Assembly: GCA_035389045.1 (NCBI GenBank)
Contig: DAOORA010000018.1
Location: forward strand, 1 to 64,000
Length of the DNA: 64,000 nt
Direction: 5' to 3'
From: Bacteroidales bacterium
Lineage (GTDB): Bacteria > Bacteroidota > Bacteroidia > Bacteroidales > CAIWKO01
The position numbers and the translations under genes were made by a program. The notes beneath the pieces were generated by a model, which saw nothing but the letters and a program-made list of their open reading frames with translations, made no database searches and was not told the DNA's origin. Below, piece by piece: positions 19,906 to 30,569 of the stretch (its first letter is position 1; each line of letters begins with the position of its first letter).

Positions 19906-22509
19906 TTACCGGATAAGGTGTACCAATCCCGTGAGCGTCCTTTTTTGAATTCCTCCGAGCCGTTGTTCAAAAACATCACAGACATAATAATAAACGCCCA
20001 CGCTGCAATCTCTTTTTGAGGTGATATCCTTACCGTTCCAGTTTATGTCCGGGTCTTCGGTTCTAAATACAAGCGTTCCCCAGCGGTTAAAGATCACCAG
20101 ATTGATTTTTTCGACAAAATCGTAAGGAAACGGTTTGAATTCATCATTGGATCCGTCACCATTCGGGGTAAAAACATTAGGCAAACGGTACAAATCACAC
20201 TGGTCAATATCGAAACAAACCAGGTTGCCGGGTGGACTTTCATTGTTAAATGAATCAACCACAGTAAGATAATAACATCCGACAATAGAACCCATTCCCG
20301 AATGGACAAAGCTGGTATCCTGAAGGTCTGATGTGGTATGAACTAAGGAATAATCGGCTCCTTCGCCCGGTGAATAATAAAGATTGAGGGTGATCACGTC
20401 ATCGGCACACAACAGATCAAGGCTGCTCCAGTGCAAAATGTTCCTGATGTTCTGACAATCTGTTTCTCCAGATAATACAGGAGGACAAGGCGGTTCATTG
20501 TCCACAGGGATACCGCATGTTTTCTGGGAGAGATTGATCAGCGGAAACGCAAATCCATTGGCCGTATACCGTCCCACAGATTTAACAAAATAACAATAAA
20601 CATCCCCGTTTATTAACCCGGTATCTGTAAAAGGAGGTGCGGTAACGAAGGCGATGGAGTCGTAAAGCAACGTAATCGAATTCTTTTTATATATAACATA
20701 GTAATCATTAATCCATGGCACATCCATCTGCCAGGTCAGGGTCAGTTTGTTATCCGAAGGGGTAAGTGTAAGGTAAACGGAAGAAGCATGAGTTGTGGAG
20801 CCGACAAAAAACCGGTTTCCGGTTTCATCGTTATAAAAATCAATACGGTAATGAAACGGCATATCCTGTGTGTTGAGCAAGGTATCGTTGTATGACGTAT
20901 CATTTATTGATGCGAGTGAGTCTATAAGGCTGAAATTAGCGCCATTGAATCCTGCGCCTCTATATATGAGGTATTTATATGGTCCGGGGATCTGTACCGT
21001 ATCGAAATCTGTGGGTTTTGACCAAGCTATCCACATGGAGCCGTCGACGGGGCCGGTGTTTTTCACGCTTACATTGGTGATCACGGGAACATCTTTGGCC
21101 AGTTCGGCACAGGCTTCAAGAGAGGCATAGCTTTCGGCGTCATCAGGATAAAATGCAATCACCATATAACAATAGTCGATGCCGCGTATCAACCCCGCGC
21201 CGTTGTTATTGTCGGTATAAGTGGTGTCGTTCAGCGAGTCGATTTGTGCAATCATAGCGTATCCGGTATAGGCCGGAACACCGGTTTCGCAGTGGTCCGG
21301 GAAGAATCCGTAATATCCGTTTCTCCGGTAAATACGATATCCCACGGCGTTTTCGCAAATACTCTTTTCCCATTTCAGGTCTATCTCGTTACCATTGGGA
21401 GTGGCTGTCAGATTCTCTGGGGCAGGCCCCACCACAGTAATATTAACGGATTCAAAATCAACCAACTGGACGGGGTAGCCATTATCTTTTGCTGAAAAAT
21501 TCATCTGATACGGGCTTTTCTTCACATGCGAACATTCGGTTTGCCACCTGAAAAGCGAACTCACATGCCCGCTACCCTGTACCGGCTGTGGAAAGACAGC
21601 GGGACCGGACGGAACCAGCAAGGGGGCTCCGTTTCCGGTTAGTGTAACCACTCCTGAATCGGGATCGTAAGCTTCTACCAGAAATGATAAATACGTCCCG
21701 GCAAGCACACAGGTATCCTGCAGGGGTTTTATCTGAGGGGGATGATTATCACAGGCGATGACGGTAATCTGCATATCCCTCCTCACCGAGCCGATACATA
21801 TGCCATGACGATATTCATCAACAATGATACAAATGTTATATTCTCCGTTTAGCTGGGGACTATCCCATAAGAGTTCACCGGTATAAGGATCAATGGTTAA
21901 TATAGTATTGGCCGGCGGAAAGAAAAAACCGGGAATATAAACGCCTCCCTGGCCTTTGCAGCTGTCGATATGGTACGATAAACTGTCGCCGTCGGCATCG
22001 TATGCCCAGGGATTATGTACAAAAGGTTGATAAATACAGGCATTGTCTATAGGGGGCTTCAAAAGTACAGGAGAATTATTATTACCAAGAAAAGGATTAA
22101 TGACAAGTTTTGTTTCAAGAAAGAAAGGGATATTAACTGAGTTAGGGATGTTGATAATACCTGCATTCCGGTTAGGATCTTCCATGGTCATCATATAAGT
22201 ACCGGGGGCAGGGTAGGTGTGAATGCCTCCGGTGCCGGTGCCGTTATACGTATACTTGTTATAATTGATTTCGCTGTTGACAGGAGTTTTTTCGACACGC
22301 TGGATGATATCCGAGGTGCCGTCACCCCAGAACAACTCAAGTTCAGGACGGTCGGCAGGGCTTGAAGAGTAAGTATACGTGATTATGGTCGCCTGGTAAG
22401 TAAGCCCGTAGAGCCATTTGTATATAATTTCTCCTGCCCGCTGGTGCGTGGCAGAAGCCGAAAAAGCCGTCACAAAAAACAAAAGAAAAGCAAAACACCG
22501 CTTTTTCAT
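19906..22509 (-). CDS. Secreted protein with Fn3-like repeats and T9SS type B (gliding motility) CTD
   Basis: Signal peptide plus ATHQRAGEI; C-terminal LPNVFTPNGDGSND...GVYYY. Confidence 0.88.
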   Translation of the reverse strand: MKKRCFAFLLFFVTAFSASATHQRAGEIIYKWLYGLTYQATIITYTYSSSPADRPELELFWGDGTSDIIQRVEKTPVNSEINYNKYTYNGTGTGGIHTYPAPGTYMMTMEDPNRNAGIINIPNSVNIPFFLETKLVINPFLGNNNSPVLLKPPIDNACIYQPFVHNPWAYDADGDSLSYHIDSCKGQGGVYIPGFFFPPANTILTIDPYTGELLWDSPQLNGEYNICIIVDEYRHGICIGSVRRDMQITVIACDNHPPQIKPLQDTCVLAGTYLSFLVEAYDPDSGVVTLTGNGAPLLVPSGPAVFPQPVQGSGHVSSLFRWQTECSHVKKSPYQMNFSAKDNGYPVQLVDFESVNITVVGPAPENLTATPNGNEIDLKWEKSICENAVGYRIYRRNGYYGFFPDHCETGVPAYTGYAMIAQIDSLNDTTYTDNNNGAGLIRGIDYCYMVIAFYPDDAESYASLEACAELAKDVPVITNVSVKNTGPVDGSMWIAWSKPTDFDTVQIPGPYKYLIYRGAGFNGANFSLIDSLASINDTSYNDTLLNTQDMPFHYRIDFYNDETGNRFFVGSTTHASSVYLTLTPSDNKLTLTWQMDVPWINDYYVIYKKNSITLLYDSIAFVTAPPFTDTGLINGDVYCYFVKSVGRYTANGFAFPLINLSQKTCGIPVDNEPPCPPVLSGETDCQNIRNILHWSSLDLLCADDVITLNLYYSPGEGADYSLVHTTSDLQDTSFVHSGMGSIVGCYYLTVVDSFNNESPPGNLVCFDIDQCDLYRLPNVFTPNGDGSNDEFKPFPYDFVEKINLVIFNRWGTLVFRTEDPDINWNGKDITSKRDCSVGVYYYVCDVFEQRLGGIQKRTLTGLVHLIR

Positions 22510-22614
22510 AATTATACAATCAGACTATAAAGTTAGCAAATTTTGCATTAAGTTTAAAATATTTCTGCGGAGCCTGCGGGCGGCATGTTTCAAAAAACTG
22601 AAAATTACTATAAA

Positions 22615-23283
22615 TTATTGCAAAGATTGTGATATTTTTTTAAGCATAGCTTTAATAAGGTTTTCAGCGCCTTCCGCAATATGCGAAATGCGGGCATCCA
22701 GCATGTAACACGGGGTTGAGAATAGCATGTTTTTTTCATCAACCACCACGTCACCGTGACCGGACCTGATGTTTTTGGCGCCCAGCGCCTGTATGTTTTT
22801 TTCGGTAGCTTCATCTTTACCGATAGTCAGTGTGACATTGCCAAAAACTTTTGCCAGGATGACCGGAGCAATGCACAAAGCCCCTATGGGTTTTTTCTGG
22901 GATTTTACAGCTTTTAAGGCGGCTTCCACTTCAGGATTCACTTTCATACCTTCGCCGTCAAAGGCATAGGTACACAGGTTTTTTGCCACCCCAAAGCCGC
23001 CCGGTAAAACCAGTGCGTCAAAATCAGAGGCATTGAATTTTGATAAGGGCAGGATATTCCCGCGGGCAATACGCGCTGCTTCCACAAGAATATTCCGTGT
23101 TTCGTCCATCGGACGTTTGTTATAATGGTTTATCACATGATACTGATTGATATCGGGAGCAAATACAGTATAAGAAGCTCCCAGTTTATCAATGGCAAGT
23201 AAAGTCATCACGGCCTCATGGATCTCAGCCCCGTCGAGCGAACCACAACCTGCAAGGATTACGGCAAATTTTTTCATATTCAT
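22615..23283 (-). CDS. elbB: Glyoxalase ElbB (DJ-1/PfpI family)
   Basis: LAGCGSLDGAEIHE, EAARIARG, PGGFGVAKNL, STPCYM. Confidence 0.92.
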   Translation of the reverse strand: MNMKKFAVILAGCGSLDGAEIHEAVMTLLAIDKLGASYTVFAPDINQYHVINHYNKRPMDETRNILVEAARIARGNILPLSKFNASDFDALVLPGGFGVAKNLCTYAFDGEGMKVNPEVEAALKAVKSQKKPIGALCIAPVILAKVFGNVTLTIGKDEATEKNIQALGAKNIRSGHGDVVVDEKNMLFSTPCYMLDARISHIAEGAENLIKAMLKKISQSLQ

Positions 23284-23334
23284 TAATATTTTATAGTTTT
23301 AAATATTACAATAGTATCGCTCTTATTTCCTTTG

Positions 23335-24420
23335 TCAAAAATACTCAAATTTCTGATTTCGGAGACGCGGTATAAAGCCTGCTTTTTTTATAGCATCTGT
23401 CATTTCAATGCTATCGAGCCGGAAAGTTACGCCGGCTTCAGAAACCACATGCTCTTCAATCATTACCGAGCCAAAATCATTAGCTCCGGCATGAAGGCAA
23501 AGCTGTGCCAGAGGCACACCTACCGTAAGCCACGAAGGTTGAATATTCGGGATATTATTCAATACGATTCTGCTGAGGGCTATGATCCGGAGGTAATCAT
23601 TATCGGAAACCGCATTGGCCACATGAAATTTTTTATGAAGTTTGGTGCCGATATGCTGGAATGGCCAGGGAATAAAGGAGAGAAAACCATAGGAGCCCTC
23701 CGGTTTTTCGTCCTGCACTTTACGGATTTGAACCAGGTGGCCGATACGTTCCTCAGGGGTTTCAATATGGCCGAACATCATGGTTGCAGAAGTGGGAAGG
23801 TTCAATTTATGTGCCTCATGCATTACGTCCAACCATTCTTTTGACTTGCATTTGACCGGAGAAATAATAGTTCTGACTCTGTCGGACAAAATTTCTGCTC
23901 CTGCTCCGGGTAGGCTGTCGAGCCCGGATGCCATTAATTTTTCCAGAACATCACGGTACGTTATTTTTTCTTTTCCTGCTATAAACACTATTTCAGGCGG
24001 CCCCAAAGCATGTAATTTTAATGATGGATACAGTGATTTCAGGGTTCTAAATAAATCCTCATAAAAATCAAGTCCAAGATCGGGATGCATACCTCCCTGC
24101 AACAACAATTGGTTACCACCAAGAGAAATCAGTTCGTCAATTTTTTGTTGGTATTGATCAGGAGAAGTAATATAGGCATCAGGAACAGACTTCTTGCGGC
24201 AAAAATTACAAAACAGGCATTGTGACACGCATACATTGGTAATATTGACATTGCGGTCGATGATCCATCCTACGATATGATCAGGGTGCAGGATTTTTCT
24301 TATCTCGTTGGCGATAAAGATCAAATCCGGCAAAGCAGCATTGATATAGAGATTAAGCGCCTCTTCTTCTGAAACAGCTTCCAAACGGATTGCTTTATCC
24401 AGTATTTTGTGAATGTTCAT
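23335..24420 (-). CDS. mqnC: CofH/MqnC-family radical SAM enzyme (dehypoxanthine futalosine cyclase-like)
   Basis: IDRNVNITNVCVSQCLFC (CxxxCxxC), LQGGMHP, SLPGAGAEIL, GANDFGSVMIEEHVV. Start placed at ATG 24420. Confidence 0.8.
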   Translation of the reverse strand: MNIHKILDKAIRLEAVSEEEALNLYINAALPDLIFIANEIRKILHPDHIVGWIIDRNVNITNVCVSQCLFCNFCRKKSVPDAYITSPDQYQQKIDELISLGGNQLLLQGGMHPDLGLDFYEDLFRTLKSLYPSLKLHALGPPEIVFIAGKEKITYRDVLEKLMASGLDSLPGAGAEILSDRVRTIISPVKCKSKEWLDVMHEAHKLNLPTSATMMFGHIETPEERIGHLVQIRKVQDEKPEGSYGFLSFIPWPFQHIGTKLHKKFHVANAVSDNDYLRIIALSRIVLNNIPNIQPSWLTVGVPLAQLCLHAGANDFGSVMIEEHVVSEAGVTFRLDSIEMTDAIKKAGFIPRLRNQKFEYF

Positions 24421-24452
24421 ATGAGCAAAATTACTCATTACAAAGGATAAAC

Positions 24453-24460
24453 TATATTTG
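24453..24460 (+). promoter_or_regulatory. -7 box (TATATTTG) upstream of the leucyl aminopeptidase
   Basis: Matches TAnnTTTG in the short divergent intergenic region. Confidence 0.5.
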
Positions 24461-24479
24461 TACAATAATAATTGCAAAA

Positions 24480-25928
24480 ATGCAACTTCAGATACAACTC
24501 GTCAAAGCTCTTTCAAAGAGTGATTCTCTGATCGTAATAAGCGATAATGCCGGTCAGGCGCTAAAAACAGCAAAGTCTTTGCTTAACAGGGAAGAATTTG
24601 ATTACTTAAAAAAATGGTATGAAAACAACGGTAAAGGTTTTGCCAGGATTGACCGGCTCGGGCAGCATCTGTTTTTTTATGTGATCAACCAGGGTAAAAA
24701 ACCGGAACATCTTATTCATGAAGAACTCCGTAAAGCCGGGCACAATTTGCTGTTGCTTTCCGGCGAAAGTAAAATTGATACCATTTCAATATATTCCAAA
24801 AGCCCTGACCCAAAGATATGTTTAGCTTTTGCGGAAGGCATAGCACTTTCTTCTTATCAGTTCTCAAAATACAAATCAAAAGCATCCGAAACGGAACATC
24901 GCCTGAAAACTGTGAAAATCGTTACCGGATCAGTCATTGAAAAACAGTTGGTACGGTTACATTCCCTGTCAGAGTCTGTTCATATATGCCGCGATCTTGT
25001 CAATGAACCGGTTTGCAATATGAATTCATTGGCATTTTCTGAATATGTTGAGGTGCTGTTTAAAAAAACAGGAGCAAAGACCGAGATTTTAAACAAGTCC
25101 AGGATCGAAGCGCTGAAAATGAATGGACTGCTGGCTGTGAACAAAGGCAGCGTCGATCCTCCCGCATTTATCATTATCGAATGGAAACCGCAGCAGCATC
25201 AAAATGAAAAACCTTTTGTCTTTGTGGGCAAAGGATTAATGTATGATACCGGTGGGATAAATTTAAAAACTGCAGGGGGCATGGAAGATATGAAAGGCGA
25301 TATGGCGGGTGGCGCTGCGGTGGTCACAACGCTTTATGCCATAGTGAAAGCAAATCTTCCGGTATATGTTGTCGGTCTGGTGCCTGTAACGGATAACCGC
25401 CCGTCAGGAAACGCGCTGGTGCCGGGGGATATCATCACCTATGCCGACGGTACCACTGTAGAGGTGCTGAACAGCGACGCCGAAGGCCGCCTGATACTTG
25501 CCGACGGGCTGCTGTATGCGAAGAAATATAAACCGCAACTGGTGATTACTGTCGCCACATTGACCGGTGCGGCACATGCAGCAATCGGAAAATATGGCAT
25601 AGTGGGCATGCATCAGCAAGCGCATAAGCATTTTAAAGGTATTCAATCGGCTGGAAATGATGTTTTTGAGCGTGTGGTGGAGTTTCCTTTCTGGGACGAT
25701 TATGATGAGCTGATAAAATCTGACGTTGCTGATATTAAAAACACAGGCGGGCGCTTTGCCGGAGCCATCACGGCAGGGAAGTTTCTGGCGCATTTTGCCA
25801 GCTACCCGTTTATCCACCTCGATATTGCCGGCCCGGCCTTTAATGACAAAAAAGACAGTTATCGCGGCACCGGTGGCAGTGGTGTGGGCGTGAGATTACT
25901 GTATCGTTTTATCGAAAGAAAGTTATAA
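24480..25928 (+). CDS. pepA: Leucyl aminopeptidase (M17)
   Basis: VGKGLMYDTGG, MKGDMAG, NSDAEGRLILAD, HLDIAG. Start at ATG 24480. Confidence 0.93.
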   Translation: MQLQIQLVKALSKSDSLIVISDNAGQALKTAKSLLNREEFDYLKKWYENNGKGFARIDRLGQHLFFYVINQGKKPEHLIHEELRKAGHNLLLLSGESKIDTISIYSKSPDPKICLAFAEGIALSSYQFSKYKSKASETEHRLKTVKIVTGSVIEKQLVRLHSLSESVHICRDLVNEPVCNMNSLAFSEYVEVLFKKTGAKTEILNKSRIEALKMNGLLAVNKGSVDPPAFIIIEWKPQQHQNEKPFVFVGKGLMYDTGGINLKTAGGMEDMKGDMAGGAAVVTTLYAIVKANLPVYVVGLVPVTDNRPSGNALVPGDIITYADGTTVEVLNSDAEGRLILADGLLYAKKYKPQLVITVATLTGAAHAAIGKYGIVGMHQQAHKHFKGIQSAGNDVFERVVEFPFWDDYDELIKSDVADIKNTGGRFAGAITAGKFLAHFASYPFIHLDIAGPAFNDKKDSYRGTGGSGVGVRLLYRFIERKL

Positions 25929-26123
25929 GGCAATGTTGGCCGCAGATGTCATGGCATTATAGGGTGGTTCAACTTTTGTGGCAAATTCAGGATTAGCAGG
26001 AAAACCTGTACGTTCTTGTAAGCAATATTTATCTTTCTGCCTGTGCAACTTTGTAAACATGCATCTTCTGCAGCCGCATACTTGTATCGATTGTATGTAG
26101 AATTGTTAAATATAAAACCTTTT

Positions 26124-27644
26124 CTATCCCTTAAGTTTCTGATTCAGTACCAGCAATATATTATCGCAGGGGATACGCTCCTGTAACATGGTGTCGCGGC
26201 TACGTATAGTAACAGTATCTTTTTGGAGTGTTTCATGATCTATAGTAATGCAATAAGGTGTGCCAATAGAATCCTGCCGGCGGTATCGTCTGCCGATAGC
26301 ATCTTTTTCATCATACTGGCACATATAATTGGGCTTTAGCACTTCAAAAAGCTGCCGAGCCTTTTCGGGCAATCCGTCTTTTTTTACCAGTGGCAATACA
26401 GAAACCTTGATTGGCGCCAGCACAGGCGGGATATTCAGCACTTCTCTGACCGATCCGTCCTCTAAAGTTTCTTCTTTGTATGAGCTACTTAGTACCGCCA
26501 AAAACATACGGTCCAATCCGATAGAGGTTTCCACCACGTAGGGAATATAACTTTCATTGGTTTCCGGGTCAAAAAACTGCAGTTTTTTTCCTGAAAACTT
26601 CTGATGGGCATTCAGGTCAAAGTCGGTTCGTGAGTGTATCCCTTCAAGTTCTTTGAATCCTATTGGAAATTCAAATTCTATGTCGCTTGCGGCATTGGCA
26701 TAATGCGCCAGTTTTTCATGCACATGAAAACGGTATTTTGATGCTGGAATACCCAGCGAAAGATGCCATCTCATGCGTTCTTCCTTCCAGTATTCATACC
26801 ATTTGAGTTCTTCGCCCGGACGTACAAAAAACTGCATCTCCATCTGTTCAAATTCCCGCATACGGAAAATAAACTGGCGGGCAACAATTTCGTTGCGGAA
26901 GGCCTTGCCGGTTTGTGCTATCCCGAAAGGAACTTTCATCCGCCCGCTTTTCATCACGTTCAGAAAATTAACAAAGATCCCCTGGGCCGTTTCGGGGCGC
27001 AGGTACAGAGCTGTCGCCTCTTCATTCACCGAGCCCATCTGGGTAGAAAACATCAGGTTGAACTGCCGGACATCTGTCCAGTTTTTTGTCCCTGAAACCG
27101 GGCATACGATACCTGATTCTTCTATCAGCGATTTTATCCCAGCAAAATCATTATTTCCAAGCATCAGATAAAAACGGGATTTTATTTCATCGATTTTTTT
27201 CTGATATTCCGTAACACGGGGGTTGGTCTCCCTGTATAAGGCCTCATTGAAACTTTCCCCGAAACGCTGTGCGGCTTTAGCCACTTCTTTTTCAATTTTT
27301 TCCTCTATTTTGGCAATGTGATCTTCGATGAGGACATCGGCACGGTATCGTTTTTTTGAATCTTTGTTATCGATCATGGGATCATTGAACGCATCAACAT
27401 GGCCGGAAGCTTTCCATACCGTAGGATGCATAAATATTGCCGAATCAATGCCTACAATATTTTCATTGTACTGCACCATCCATTTCCACCAGTACGAGCG
27501 TATGTTATTTTTCAATTCGGTACCATACTGACCGTAATCATATACAGCGCTGAGGCCGTCGTATATTTCGCTGGAAGGGAAAACAAAACCGTATTCCTTT
27601 GCGTGCGAAATGATCTTTCTGAATAATTCTTCGTTGTTTGCCAT
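26124..27644 (-). CDS. glyQS: Glycine--tRNA ligase (homodimeric type)
   Basis: LRPETAQGIF, FRMREFEQME, IGRRYRRQD. Start at ATG 27644. Confidence 0.96.
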   Translation of the reverse strand: MANNEELFRKIISHAKEYGFVFPSSEIYDGLSAVYDYGQYGTELKNNIRSYWWKWMVQYNENIVGIDSAIFMHPTVWKASGHVDAFNDPMIDNKDSKKRYRADVLIEDHIAKIEEKIEKEVAKAAQRFGESFNEALYRETNPRVTEYQKKIDEIKSRFYLMLGNNDFAGIKSLIEESGIVCPVSGTKNWTDVRQFNLMFSTQMGSVNEEATALYLRPETAQGIFVNFLNVMKSGRMKVPFGIAQTGKAFRNEIVARQFIFRMREFEQMEMQFFVRPGEELKWYEYWKEERMRWHLSLGIPASKYRFHVHEKLAHYANAASDIEFEFPIGFKELEGIHSRTDFDLNAHQKFSGKKLQFFDPETNESYIPYVVETSIGLDRMFLAVLSSSYKEETLEDGSVREVLNIPPVLAPIKVSVLPLVKKDGLPEKARQLFEVLKPNYMCQYDEKDAIGRRYRRQDSIGTPYCITIDHETLQKDTVTIRSRDTMLQERIPCDNILLVLNQKLKG

Positions 27645-27648
27645 GTTG

Positions 27649-27726
27649 CAAAAGTAATACAATTTTCATTTTTTATTTTTACGGGTAGATTTTTTATGGT
27701 ACGTTCACATGAAAATACTAATTTTG
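27649..27726. promoter_or_regulatory. Divergent -7 boxes: TACTTTTG (minus, 27649-27656) and TAATTTTG (plus, 27719-27726)
   Basis: Both match TAnnTTTG and point to glyQS and the GH3 gene respectively. Confidence 0.5.
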
Positions 27727-27747
27727 AACTATTAAGAAAGATCTTTT

Positions 27748-29262
27748 ATGGCCTTATTAAATTCTGTAATATCGTGGATTATGAAGCAACGCATTCATCA
27801 GATCGAGTTGTTCATAAAATATCCGCATGAAGTGCAAAATGATTGTTTGCAATGGCTGTTGTCTTCAGCAAAAAATACCGAATGGGGAGAAAGATATGAC
27901 TATAAATCCATATCCACCGCTGAACAATTTAAAAACACAGTTCCGGTGAGCACCTACGATGACCTGAAACCATATATTGACCGCTTGCGCAAAGGGGAGA
28001 AAAATATTTTATGGCCGCAGGATATAAAATGGTTCGCCAAATCATCCGGCACCACATCCGATAAAAGTAAATTTATCCCGATGAGCGAAGACGCTATTGA
28101 GGATTGTCATTTTAAAGGAGGAAAGGATGTGCTTACCCTGTATTGCCACAACAATCCGGATACCGAGATGTTCTCGGGAAAAGGGCTTGCTTTGGGCGGC
28201 AGCCATATCGTGAGTGAATTTGACAATGATGCCGTATATGGGGATCTTTCGGCCATATTAATCCAGAATTTACCGTTCTGGGCACAGTTTATCCGGACTC
28301 CGGACATAACGGTTGCGCTGATGAATGAGTGGGAAGAGAAACTCGACAAGATGGCAAAGATCACTTTAAAAGAAAATGTCACCAGCATTTCGGGCGTCCC
28401 CTCCTGGACAATGGTCTTATTAAAACGCATCCTTGATATTACCGGAAAAAACAATATCAATGAGGTTTGGGAACATCTCGAGGTTTTTATTCACGGGGGG
28501 ATCAGTTTTGTGCCTTATAAAGAACAGTATAAAAGAATCATTCCTTCCGAAACGATGAATTACATGGAAACCTATAATGCTTCTGAAGGCTTTTTCGGAA
28601 TACAGGATCGCAAAAATGCCGATGATATGCTGCTGATGCTCGATTATGGTATTTATTATGAGTTTTTGCCTGCGGAAGACTTCGGGAAGGAAAATCCTCA
28701 AACTAAAGCGCTGGACGAAGTAGAACCCGGTAAAAACTATGCGCTTATCATTTCAACAAATGCCGGATTATGGCGTTACATTATCGGTGACACCATTGTC
28801 TTTACATCCGTCGACCCCTACCGAATAAGGATAACAGGCCGTACAAAAAACTTCATTAATGCGTTTGGAGAAGAACTAATGGTAGATAATGCAGACAAAG
28901 CCCTGGAGGTTGCCTGTAAAAAAACAGGCGCAGTAATCGCCGATTATACCGCTGCTCCGGTATATTTTGATGAGAAAAACAACGGCGCCCACGAATGGGT
29001 CATCGAATTTGAAACACTACCCGACAATATGGGATACTTTGGTGAAGTTTTTGATAATGCTTTGAAATCTGTTAATTCCGATTATGAAGCCAAAAGATAT
29101 AAAAATATGGTATTAAATGCACCTTTGATAAATGTTGTCCCAAGCGGGACTTTTTATAAATGGCTTAAGAAAAAAGGAAAACTGGGAGGGCAGTATAAAG
29201 TTCCGAGACTGGCCAATGAAAGAACTTACGTCGATGAAATCATGGAGCTGCACAATACATGA
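27748..29262 (+). CDS. GH3 auxin-responsive promoter family (acyl-adenylate) protein
   Basis: FAKSSGTT, YNASEGFF, GLWRYIIGDT, GGQYKVPRL. Confidence 0.92.
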   Translation: MALLNSVISWIMKQRIHQIELFIKYPHEVQNDCLQWLLSSAKNTEWGERYDYKSISTAEQFKNTVPVSTYDDLKPYIDRLRKGEKNILWPQDIKWFAKSSGTTSDKSKFIPMSEDAIEDCHFKGGKDVLTLYCHNNPDTEMFSGKGLALGGSHIVSEFDNDAVYGDLSAILIQNLPFWAQFIRTPDITVALMNEWEEKLDKMAKITLKENVTSISGVPSWTMVLLKRILDITGKNNINEVWEHLEVFIHGGISFVPYKEQYKRIIPSETMNYMETYNASEGFFGIQDRKNADDMLLMLDYGIYYEFLPAEDFGKENPQTKALDEVEPGKNYALIISTNAGLWRYIIGDTIVFTSVDPYRIRITGRTKNFINAFGEELMVDNADKALEVACKKTGAVIADYTAAPVYFDEKNNGAHEWVIEFETLPDNMGYFGEVFDNALKSVNSDYEAKRYKNMVLNAPLINVVPSGTFYKWLKKKGKLGGQYKVPRLANERTYVDEIMELHNT

Positions 29263-30068
29263 AAAAAGTTATTATTTCAATTATATTTCTGTTCGTTTTC
29301 ATACCTGTGAAAATTTCTGCTCAGCAGACCCTGCTTACCCGGATGGCCAGCGTGGAAGTAAACGGCAGCCTGCTCAGTGCTGATAACCTCGGAAATATTT
29401 ATATTGCCAGCGAAAGTACCCTGAAAAAATTCGATGCCGACGGTAAATTGCTTTATACTTACACCGGCTTAAGCGACGGCAAAATCAACAGCGTTGACGT
29501 GGGTGACCCCCTGAAAATTCTGATCTTTAATGCTGACTTTGGAAAAATCAAGTATCTGGATAATACATTAAGCCTGAAAAAAGATTTTATACTGCTTTCC
29601 GACCTCGGTTATGCCAATGCAACACTGGTTGCCGCTTCTTACGAAAACGGGTTCTGGCTGTTCGATCTGTTCTCCAACCAGGTCGTCAGGTTCGACAAAA
29701 ACCTGAAACAAACACACAGCAGCGGTAATTGTTCCGACATTACGGGCTTTGAAATTTCCCCTGTATTTATGACGGAAAATGATAATATGCTTTATCTGTA
29801 TGATCCGGGTAACGGGATACTCATTTTTGATCGGTATGCCACCTACATGCGTCTTTTGCCATTCAAAAACCTGCGGTCATTTCAAGTGATCGGGCAAAAA
29901 ATTATTTTCTCAGAAGGCAACAAATTAAAAATGTTTGACCTGAAAACATTTGAAGAGGCTGTATTGATAATCCCTGAAAATGAAGATATTATAAATGCTC
30001 TTTGGAATAATGACCATGTTTATGTATTGAAGAATAAGTCCCTGGACGTATATGGCGTTTCAAAATAA
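29259..30068 (+). CDS. Exported hypothetical protein, probable beta-propeller
   Basis: Signal peptide ending ISA-Q; repeated beta-rich blades (DNLGNIYI, LKKFDADG). Confidence 0.6.
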   Translation: MKKVIISIIFLFVFIPVKISAQQTLLTRMASVEVNGSLLSADNLGNIYIASESTLKKFDADGKLLYTYTGLSDGKINSVDVGDPLKILIFNADFGKIKYLDNTLSLKKDFILLSDLGYANATLVAASYENGFWLFDLFSNQVVRFDKNLKQTHSSGNCSDITGFEISPVFMTENDNMLYLYDPGNGILIFDRYATYMRLLPFKNLRSFQVIGQKIIFSEGNKLKMFDLKTFEEAVLIIPENEDIINALWNNDHVYVLKNKSLDVYGVSK

Positions 30069-30231
30069 CTCTTGGTGTCCAAAGTATATTTTGCAGAAAG
30101 CCCAACCCGCCGTCTGCCTGAGGACTTAATCAATACAACACACAAGTCGTATCAAGTTACCATGTAAAGCATCCGAATAAATATGTATGGATAATAGTTG
30201 TATTTGTGATTTTGGCCGGAAAAAATACTGA

Positions 30232-30561
30232 TCAGTCAAGTTCCATCAACAACTCATTTTTTGTCACCATTTGACCCGGCTTAACATAAATGGCTTTCAC
30301 ATTTCCGTCAATAACGGAAACAATTTCATTGTCCATTTTCATCGCTTCAAGGGAGAGCATTTTATCTCCGGCTTTAATACCATCGCCAGGAATTACAAAA
30401 ACTTCTTTGATCGTTCCCGGAATAAAGGAATAAATTTTTTTATGGTCAACAGGAGTATAGGGTTTGCGGTTTTTGTACTTCTTGGTAGGCAGGGTGGTAT
30501 AATCCTCCCCTAAAATAGTCAGGGAAAACAGCTCGTTATTCTCTTTTCGTTGATTTTTCAT
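30232..30561 (-). CDS. Biotin carboxyl carrier protein
   Basis: LEAMKMDNEI biotinylation motif. Confidence 0.9.
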   Translation of the reverse strand: MKNQRKENNELFSLTILGEDYTTLPTKKYKNRKPYTPVDHKKIYSFIPGTIKEVFVIPGDGIKAGDKMLSLEAMKMDNEIVSVIDGNVKAIYVKPGQMVTKNELLMELD

Positions 30562-30569
30562 CGCTGCGA

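Noticed and set aside
25929..26123. Possible small gene between pepA and glyQS
   Set aside because: Minus-strand frames gave only short or motif-less peptides.
27748..29262. GH3 gene as a plant-derived transfer
   Set aside because: GH3-family genes are common in Bacteroidota, and the composition matches the flanking genes.
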